Below, piece by piece: positions 35,661 to 41,950 of a stretch of 41,950 nucleotides of DNA. A program made the position numbers and the translations under genes. This DNA comes from an uncultured Ruminococcus sp. (lineage in GTDB: Bacteria > Bacillota > Clostridia > Oscillospirales > Ruminococcaceae): positions 1 to 41,950 of the forward strand of contig CAMWOX010000001.1 of the NCBI GenBank assembly GCA_947175975.1, written 5' to 3'. The first letter of the stretch is position 1, and every line of letters starts with the position of its first letter. Under the pieces are notes generated by a model, which worked only from the letters and a program-made list of their open reading frames with translations, had not been told where the DNA came from and ran no database searches.

Positions 35661-36783
35661 GAGACTGTTCCTTTCCTGATTTTTCTGCTATGATTTTCTG
35701 ATATTGCAGATGATCAATAAAAATAGAATTAATGCCCGTAAATGCATATTCCTGATAATTTTTAGAATGCATATAATCCACAACTTCCTGATCTTTTTGA
35801 TTTAATACTAAATTTTCGGAATAAGGGATCATCTCAATAATGAAAAACAAAGGTCTGTATACTGCAAAATCTATACTTTTCAGAATTTCCAGTTCCAGTC
35901 CCTCTATGTCCAGATTGATGATCACAGGAGCTGTTCCGTGGAAATATTCCCGGATTACATCATTGACGGCAATCGTTCGGACGGAAACTTTCTGTTCCAG
36001 CTGTGCATTCGGATTTTTTGCAAGAATTTCAGAAATATCACCGACTTTGGACAAACCATCCAGATTCAGAATCTGGAATAAAATCTCATCCCCAGAATGT
36101 GCTGTAACAGCTTTGTTTAAAATCACATCTCCGGAACGGTCACGCTCCAGATCCGGAATCAATGCCGGATTCGCTTCTACAAGAACACCCCTTGCGCCCT
36201 GCTGGTAAAACAGATACGTATTGCTCATTTCTATCGGCTTATTTGCACCGAGATCCAGATAACTGCATTTTGCAAACGGAATCCCGAGCATCGCACAGGC
36301 ATATAAAATAATGGCATCTTCCCCGGCTTGCGAATAGGATTTTTTATTGAATAACTGAAAATTCTGTGCATGGAATGCATTTTCCTGATTCCGTGCAGTC
36401 TGTTCCAGGCTCTCAATTCTATGTGCTAATTCCAGGGTTGTCCGATCATCGCTCCGCATTCTGTTTTCTGTTTCAGACCTGTAATGCTCCAGACAGTCAA
36501 GCCGCTTCTCGGATCGTTCTATCCGTTCATGATGCCCCTGATCAGAATCTATCAGCTGGGAGCTTAACAAATCAATTTCTTCCTGTAATTTCTGGTTCTG
36601 TTTTTGCAGGATTGCTTCCTGCATAGCAGAACTTTCCTGCCATTCCGCCAGCCGAGTCTGGGATTCATGCAGACAGCCTTGTAAAGAGACTGTTTCCTGG
36701 CGAACAGATTCTACTTTGGCATACAGATCCCGGAACAGGAATCGTAAGATTCTGGTATATAATTTCAAATTGTTCACCTCCAT
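35638..36783 (-). CDS. N-terminal coiled-coil fused to FkbM-family methyltransferase (candidate glycan chain terminator)
   Basis: Heptad-rich residues ~30-150, then YSQAGEDAII...YLDLGANKP...VLVEANP...INLDIEGLE, typical of FkbM methyltransferases. The start is ambiguous: GTG 36807, ATG 36783, or TTG 36768 (behind GGAGGTGA). Confidence 0.75.
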   Translation of the reverse strand: MEVNNLKLYTRILRFLFRDLYAKVESVRQETVSLQGCLHESQTRLAEWQESSAMQEAILQKQNQKLQEEIDLLSSQLIDSDQGHHERIERSEKRLDCLEHYRSETENRMRSDDRTTLELAHRIESLEQTARNQENAFHAQNFQLFNKKSYSQAGEDAIILYACAMLGIPFAKCSYLDLGANKPIEMSNTYLFYQQGARGVLVEANPALIPDLERDRSGDVILNKAVTAHSGDEILFQILNLDGLSKVGDISEILAKNPNAQLEQKVSVRTIAVNDVIREYFHGTAPVIINLDIEGLELEILKSIDFAVYRPLFFIIEMIPYSENLVLNQKDQEVVDYMHSKNYQEYAFTGINSIFIDHLQYQKIIAEKSGKEQSHAGESCK

Positions 36784-38018
36784 GAAAATTCTGATGGCAG
36801 ACGACACACACCAATGTCCTGTTTTTTCGAGGAAATCACAAATGATAATACCTGACGGATATCATCATAAATAATCCCATCATGAGAATGCACCGCAATA
36901 TCCAGAAAATATCTTGCTGGGAGCAGAAAATTCCGGAACGTGATTTCAATTTCGCCATTCTCCTGAATTGGAATGTAATCCCCTGTTTCGATCAGGATAT
37001 TTGTGCCGTAGCAGTGAAGTCCGTCCTCTCGGAAAATACCATAGCCGAAATTGCCTTTGAGATTTACGGGATGTTCTGCATGATATTGCAGAAAAATTTT
37101 AATTTCCTGTTCTGTATCGAAAATATACTGTTTCTGGTTATTGAGATTTCTCAATTCTGCATTGGTGAAAATCACCTGCTGTGTCCCCATCCGGACAGCG
37201 GTCTTTTCACAGAATCCGGGAAGTTCCGGCGCAGGCAGTACAGGCTGTTCATGCTGTTTTTCGAGCTGTTCCGTGCGCTTGTCCTCCATATGTTTCAGAT
37301 AATGATCATGAACGATCTTGGGAATGCCGGATTCCCGGATCAGACCGTTTTCAATCCAGTAAGAAGTTTCACAGATCTGTTCAATTTGTCCTAATGCATG
37401 GGAAACAATCACAATCGTAGTCCCACGGGATTTGATCTCCCGGAGCTTGTCAAAACATTTTTTCTGAAAATTGGCATCACCGACAGCTAAAATTTCGTCA
37501 ATTAATAAAATATTCGCATCTACGTTAATTGCCACGGAAAAAGCCAGACGCATATACATACCCGAAGAATACGTCCTGACAGGATTGTCAATAAATTCCT
37601 CCAGTTCTGAAAATTCGATAATTTCTTCGATCCGTTTCTGGATTTCTTTCCGGGTCAAACCAAAAATAGATGCATTTGTATAAATATTCTCCCGCCCGGT
37701 CATATCCGGATGAAATCCTGCGCCAAGTTCGATCAGACTGGAGACTCTTCCTTGCATTGCAATGCTGCCCTCGTCTGGATATAAAATTTTTGTCAATAAT
37801 TTCAGAGTGGTACTCTTACCGCAGCCATTATGCCCGATCAAACCGATTGCTTCGCCTTTCTTCACGGAAAAACTAATGCCATTGAGTACCCACCTGTCTT
37901 CATAGTGATTTCTGTTCCGGAATAAAATTCTGTCTTTCAGATCATTGCTTTTATCATAGAAGATCCGGAATTTTTTTCTGACGTTTTTTACTTCAATTGC
38001 GTTCTCCGGGTTTGTCAA
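36774..38018 (-). CDS. wzt: polysaccharide ABC exporter ATP-binding protein with C-terminal glycan-binding-type extension (Wzt/TagH class)
   Basis: Walker A GHNGCGKST, signature YSSGMYMRLAFS, Walker B ILLIDEILAVGD, plus a beta-rich extension of about 165 aa. TTG start 8 nt after GGAGG. Confidence 0.88.
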   Translation of the reverse strand: MTNPENAIEVKNVRKKFRIFYDKSNDLKDRILFRNRNHYEDRWVLNGISFSVKKGEAIGLIGHNGCGKSTTLKLLTKILYPDEGSIAMQGRVSSLIELGAGFHPDMTGRENIYTNASIFGLTRKEIQKRIEEIIEFSELEEFIDNPVRTYSSGMYMRLAFSVAINVDANILLIDEILAVGDANFQKKCFDKLREIKSRGTTIVIVSHALGQIEQICETSYWIENGLIRESGIPKIVHDHYLKHMEDKRTEQLEKQHEQPVLPAPELPGFCEKTAVRMGTQQVIFTNAELRNLNNQKQYIFDTEQEIKIFLQYHAEHPVNLKGNFGYGIFREDGLHCYGTNILIETGDYIPIQENGEIEITFRNFLLPARYFLDIAVHSHDGIIYDDIRQVLSFVISSKKQDIGVCRLPSEFSWR

Positions 38019-38801
38019 TTACATCACCTCCGCAAAGCGTTTTTTTAATCTGGAAAATACCAGTTCCCCCAGGATCAGACTTGTTACGCCAAAAAACAGG
38101 GCGATCAGGAGCGTAGAAAAATCCGGGACTTTTGCATAATACAGAATATCCCGGTACGCAACAATCACAGAGGTCATGGGATTCAGATAAAATAATTTCT
38201 GTATCTCCGAATTGGAAATGGTTTCTATGGGATAAAGTACCGGTGTCATATAAATCCAAGCCATAGTAATAATGCTTAGAATATGTTCCATATCCCGAAA
38301 GAAAACAGTTACTGCTGAGAACAGCAAAGCAAGTCCCAGTGCGATCATGTATTCTATCAGCATAATGACAGGCAGACAGAAAATCGCTTGCAGATTCATG
38401 CCCACACCGGAAACAGCAACGACTAGAAAAATAATGATGAATGTCAACAGCATGTTTACAAAACAGCTTGTAACATAAGAAATGGGCAATATTTCCCGTG
38501 GAAAATAAATTTTCGTGACAAGATTCTGTGATGCCATAACGGAATTTGCACCGCCTTGCAAACTCGATGAGAAAAAAATCCAGGGAATCAATGCAACAAA
38601 TAAATATAAATAATATTTCTCAATCGCACTCGGCAGGATAAAACTGAATGCAATTGTATAAATAATCAGTTGAAATAACGGATTGATGAATGTCCAGAGA
38701 AAGCCTAATACACTTCCTTTATATCGTCCCCGGAGATCTTTTCGCACAAGGCTGAAAATCATTTCCCGGTAGGCATATAATTCTTTGCATAACTTGATCA
38801 T
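38019..38801 (-). CDS. wzm: ABC-2 type polysaccharide exporter permease (Wzm/TagG class)
   Basis: DLRGRYKGSVLGFLWTFINPL N-terminal motif; 6 TM segments; 260 aa. Confidence 0.88.
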   Translation of the reverse strand: MIKLCKELYAYREMIFSLVRKDLRGRYKGSVLGFLWTFINPLFQLIIYTIAFSFILPSAIEKYYLYLFVALIPWIFFSSSLQGGANSVMASQNLVTKIYFPREILPISYVTSCFVNMLLTFIIIFLVVAVSGVGMNLQAIFCLPVIMLIEYMIALGLALLFSAVTVFFRDMEHILSIITMAWIYMTPVLYPIETISNSEIQKLFYLNPMTSVIVAYRDILYYAKVPDFSTLLIALFFGVTSLILGELVFSRLKKRFAEVM

Positions 38802-38839
38802 GAATGAAAACCTGCGATTCTGAAAATTAAATTATATTT

Positions 38840-38868
38840 ATTATACCCTGAAACTTCGAAAAAGTCAA
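38840..38868 (-). promoter_or_regulatory. sigma-A promoter of the nine-gene glycan operon
   Basis: Minus strand reads TTGACT-17 nt-TATAAT, 39 nt upstream of the wzm ATG. Confidence 0.6.
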
Positions 38869-38961
38869 TTGTGATTCTGCAATCCCCTGACAATCCGGAT
38901 AATTATTGTCACTTGGTCGAAAAATCAGGTGTTTTCTCCGGAATTTTTCGTGCTAATTTCT

Positions 38962-38992
38962 AAAAAAACACCGGAGCATTTCTACTCCGGTG
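38962..38992 (-). terminator. rho-independent terminator of glgA
   Basis: Stem CACCGGAG/CTCCGGTG (38969-38992), followed on the minus strand by T7. Confidence 0.75.
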
Positions 38993-39014
38993 ATCAAATT
39001 CTCAAAGAATACTA

Positions 39015-40466
39015 TTATTTTTTTCCAGCAAGCCACTCATACATGCCCTCATACTGACACGCTGAACTATTCCAGGAGAAGTCCTGTCTCATGCCTCTCT
39101 TGACCATGTCATTCCAGTTGTCTCTATAATTAAAGAACACGGATTTCGCATAGTTCAAAGAACCTAAGAATGCTTCTGACCAAAATTCCTTGAATGTGAA
39201 TCCTGTACCTGTCAGTTCAAATTCGTTGTATGGCTGTACAGTGTCTTTTAATCCACCCGTCTCACGCACCAGCGGAACAGAACCATAACGAAGGGAAATC
39301 AACTGTGTCAGACCGCAGGGTTCAAATCTGGAGGGGACAAGCATCATATCCGCACCGGCATAAACTTTGTGAGCTAGTTCATCATTATAGCAAATATTTG
39401 CAGAAACATTACCCGGATACCTGCCGGCAAAATATCGGAACATATTTTCATAAGCGGGATCACCTGTGCCGATCAGAACAAATTGTGTGTTATTGTCCAG
39501 GAAACGCTCAAAAATATCACCTAACAGGTTCAAACCTTTCTGATCCGTCAATCTGGAAATCAGACCAATGAGCATCTTGCGGCCATCCTGTTCCAGTCCC
39601 AGTTCTGCTTGCAGACGGCGTTTGTTTTCTGCCTTGCCCTGTAAGCAGTTATCGACATTGAAATTATAATAAATTTTCTTATCTGTTTCCGGATTGAAGA
39701 TACCATAATCAATGCCATTGACAATACCTCGGAGAGAAGTGGATCTTACAGAAAGCAAACCATTGAGCTGCTCGCCGTATTCCTGTGTCTTGATTTCCTG
39801 TGCATAAGTCTCGCTCACAGTTGTGATATAATCTGCATACACCAGACCACCTTTGAGCATGTTTGCATCCTTATGAAATTCCAGCTTGTCCGGTGTGAAC
39901 ATATAATCCGGCAGATCTGTGTTACGCTGAAATTCTTCAATATCCCACACACCCTGGAATTTCAGGTTGTGAATCGTCATGATGCTTTTGACACCCTGGT
40001 AGAACGGATGTGTTGCAAAAGTAGAATGCATCAGCACAGGGATAAGACCTGTCTGCCAGTCGTGGCAGTGAATAATATCCGGATGGAAACCAATCACCGG
40101 CATCATAGCGAGAACAGCTTTACAGAAGAATGTAAAACGTTCAATATCCCAGCGCAGGTCATTGCTGTAGGGCGTTTCGCCATTGAAGTAATATTCATTA
40201 TCGACATAATAGAATTTGATGCCGTGATACTCATATTCCATGATGCCGACATGTTCCTGTCTGCCTGCATAATCCATGAAAAAATGGTGACGATAGTGAA
40301 AGAAATTTCTGTATCTTCCCGGAATGCAGGTATAATACGGAATGATGACCCGGACATCAAAACGGGATTTGTCCAGATTTTTTGGCAATGCGCCCACTAC
40401 GTCAGCAAGACCTCCGGTCTTCACGAATGGCACGCATTCCGATGCTGCAAAAAGAATATTTGTCAA
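39015..40466 (-). CDS. glgA: glycogen (starch) synthase
   Basis: FAASECVPFVKTGGLADVVGALP N-terminal motif and the C-terminal PSRFEPCGLTQL motif. TTG start behind GAGGAGGG. Confidence 0.93.
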   Translation of the reverse strand: MTNILFAASECVPFVKTGGLADVVGALPKNLDKSRFDVRVIIPYYTCIPGRYRNFFHYRHHFFMDYAGRQEHVGIMEYEYHGIKFYYVDNEYYFNGETPYSNDLRWDIERFTFFCKAVLAMMPVIGFHPDIIHCHDWQTGLIPVLMHSTFATHPFYQGVKSIMTIHNLKFQGVWDIEEFQRNTDLPDYMFTPDKLEFHKDANMLKGGLVYADYITTVSETYAQEIKTQEYGEQLNGLLSVRSTSLRGIVNGIDYGIFNPETDKKIYYNFNVDNCLQGKAENKRRLQAELGLEQDGRKMLIGLISRLTDQKGLNLLGDIFERFLDNNTQFVLIGTGDPAYENMFRYFAGRYPGNVSANICYNDELAHKVYAGADMMLVPSRFEPCGLTQLISLRYGSVPLVRETGGLKDTVQPYNEFELTGTGFTFKEFWSEAFLGSLNYAKSVFFNYRDNWNDMVKRGMRQDFSWNSSACQYEGMYEWLAGKK

Positions 40467-40503
40467 GGGGAATCCCTCCTCAAGTAATAGATTTTATAAT
40501 AAT

Positions 40504-40532
40504 ATTATAACGCTTTTTCCGGAACTAGTCAA
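40504..40532 (-). promoter_or_regulatory. sigma-A promoter of glgA
   Basis: Minus strand reads TTGACT-17 nt-TATAAT. Confidence 0.6.
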
Positions 40533-40697
40533 GAGAATTTTCAAATTTTTTCAAAAAAAGCGGAAAATTTTGTGAAAATTTCAGAAAAGAAACCAGAATC
40601 CTAAATAAATTTTCCAGAATTTTTTGAATTTTTCACCAAAAAAAGCTCTTCCTATCAAGAAAAACTTATGCTGAATATAGAAAATTCTTTTTTTTCA

Positions 40698-40726
40698 TTG
40701 ACGAAATTGTCAAGATCTAGTATAAT
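40698..40726 (+). promoter_or_regulatory. sigma-A promoter of the SCP2-like gene
   Basis: TTGACG-17 nt-TATAAT, 80 nt upstream of the ATG at 40807. Confidence 0.6.
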
Positions 40727-40806
40727 AAATAGCAGCAAAAGAAAATTCTGCGGTACATGCGTAAGAACTGCGCTTGCTGCAAGCAACAAAAGAAAGGTGA
40801 AATGGT

Positions 40807-41730
40807 ATGACTTATCAGGAACTGGTAAAAAAAGTACAAACTGCACTGGTGAAAGCAGATGCGTCCGGAATCACAGAGCATATTGCTGTGCAGGTAAACG
40901 TAACCGGAGAGGCAGCGGGTGCATTTTATATTGAAATCAAGGATGGCTTGCTGTATGTAGAGCCGTATGATTACAATGACCGTGACTTCCTGCTGACAGG
41001 AGATGGCACAGAAATTCTGGCAGTAGCACAAGGAAAAGTGAATCTTGTGACAGCGATTGCAGATTCCAGGGTATTCCACGAGGGCAATTATGACAAGACA
41101 ATTGCACTGGGTGATATTATCCCGAAAAAAACAAGAAAGCCGAGAGCATCCAAAGCTGAAACAGCTGAAACAACAGAGAAAAAAGAACTTGTAGAAAAGA
41201 CAGCTGAAAAAACTCCTGCTAAAAGAAGCAGAAAGCCTAAGACAGAGGCTGGAAAGGCTACGGCTGACAAATCCGTGAAAGCAAAAGAGACGGAAAAAGT
41301 TGCAGAAAAAACAACCAGAAAAACAACTAAAAAGACAGCTGCCAAGGCTGAACCGGAAAAAACACCGGAAATTCCGGAAGTGAAAGAACCAGAAAAGTCC
41401 GCAGAGGAAACACCTACTGTTTCTGGTCAGACAATTACTGACACAACAGAATCCGGAACGACAGGTTCTATTCTGGATTTGGTTAATTCTGTTACAAAAC
41501 AGTTTGAAGATGATGCAGTGGAACGTGATCTTGCCACACCAGAAGAAGAAAAGAAATCAGCTGAAACCGAGAAAAAGCCGGAGACAAAAAAAGAAGAAAC
41601 TGCATCTGTTTCTAAGAGCGTCCAGAAATCAAAGAATACCAGAAGTTCCAAATCCACCAAAAAATCAACACCGGCGGATGCGCCTGCCAAAAAAAGCAGA
41701 AAATCCAGTGGAAAATCCAAAAAAAAGTAA
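40807..41730 (+). CDS. SCP2-like N-terminal domain fused to a ~200-aa Lys/Glu/Thr/Ala-rich disordered tail
   Basis: The N-terminal ~105 aa (AFYIEIKDGLLYVEPYDY...LTGDGTEILAVAQGKVNLVTA) resemble the SCP2 sterol-carrier fold. The tail is built from KKTAAKA/EKTPE-type low-complexity units. Confidence 0.6.
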   Translation: MTYQELVKKVQTALVKADASGITEHIAVQVNVTGEAAGAFYIEIKDGLLYVEPYDYNDRDFLLTGDGTEILAVAQGKVNLVTAIADSRVFHEGNYDKTIALGDIIPKKTRKPRASKAETAETTEKKELVEKTAEKTPAKRSRKPKTEAGKATADKSVKAKETEKVAEKTTRKTTKKTAAKAEPEKTPEIPEVKEPEKSAEETPTVSGQTITDTTESGTTGSILDLVNSVTKQFEDDAVERDLATPEEEKKSAETEKKPETKKEETASVSKSVQKSKNTRSSKSTKKSTPADAPAKKSRKSSGKSKKK

Positions 41731-41744
41731 AATAAATGGACAGA

Positions 41745-41777
41745 AAACCTTTGCAGAATCATGCAGAGGTTTTTTTG
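41745..41777 (+). terminator. rho-independent terminator
   Basis: Stem ACCTTTGCA/TGCAGAGGT (one G-U pair) then T7. Confidence 0.75.
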
Positions 41778-41788
41778 CAGATAAAAAT

Positions 41789-41822
41789 AGAAAAAGCACA
41801 GCCAGAAACTGTGCTTTTTCTT
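41789..41822. terminator. second, bidirectional terminator hairpin
   Basis: AAAAAGCACAG-CCAGAAA-CTGTGCTTTTT, with an A-run and a T-run flanking a GC core. Confidence 0.6.
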
Positions 41823-41950
41823 AAAGTAAAATAAGAGAAAGAGGTTAGAAATCATTTCTTCCTGTTTTTATTATAACAAAAAAAAAAGAAATTTGCAAGT
41901 GTTTTTGAAACTGTTTTTAAATTTTTTGAAAAAAATGCGTATTTTTGTAG

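Noticed and set aside
41088-41855. Minus-strand ORFs of 85 and 142 aa opposite the SCP2-like gene
   Set aside because: They mirror the low-complexity Lys/Glu-rich tail (AAG/GAA repeats read as Phe/Leu/Ser runs), so they are a compositional artefact.
1-41950. CRISPR arrays, rRNA genes, IS transposases, integrases or prophage structural genes
   Set aside because: I saw no regularly spaced direct repeats and no ORF with DDE, tyrosine- or serine-recombinase or capsid/terminase motifs. The only repeats found are those reported at 6773-8479 and the weak A/T-rich ones.

Overview
This is a 41.95-kb chromosomal segment from a low-GC Firmicute. It is most likely a Clostridia or Ruminococcaceae-type gut anaerobe. 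That guess rests on two leucine-rich-repeat proteins ending in type-I dockerin modules, and on gene order (darA-holB-ricT; MOP flippase/mazG/hup/S4) that mirrors the Bacillus yaa/yab regions.

Most of the window is housekeeping:
- replication and sporulation-associated genes: holB, ricT
- c-di-AMP signalling: the darA receptor at the left end, and cdaA-cdaR at 26-28 kb
- shikimate genes: aroE, aroK
- other core genes: coaX, trpS, mazG, hup, ispD-ispF, a DUF3343/cysteine-desulfurase pair, glgA, and one tRNA-Gln(UUG)

There are two accessory regions:
1. A patch of about 1.6 kb (6773-8478) that looks AT-rich by eye, lying between the convergent mazF and coaX genes. It consists of two single-gene cassettes. 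One carries a CPBP/Abi-family protease between ~46-nt terminal inverted repeats. The other carries a DUF3592-like membrane protein between ~80-nt direct repeats that are two different versions of the coaX 3' end.
2. A 10.4-kb, nine-gene, translationally coupled envelope-glycan operon (38801 down to 28420, minus strand). It combines a Wzm/Wzt ABC exporter, a coiled-coil FkbM-type methyltransferase (candidate chain terminator), two GT4 enzymes, and a GT2 + 851-aa GT-C-like + MprF-flippase-like module.

Other points of interest:
- an orphan consensus promoter followed about 61 nt later by a terminator (candidate sRNA)
- a Cheo/LexA-type palindrome on a small sigma-region-4 operon beside the tRNA
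- mazF with no mazE
- trpS with no T-box, start/stop-overlapped with an unknown 180-aa gene

I saw no rRNA, CRISPR array, transposase or integrase. Roughly a dozen intergenic promoters fit TTGACA-17-TGnTATAAT almost exactly, which gives some weight to the orphan-promoter call. All product calls come from reading motifs by eye; no searches were run.
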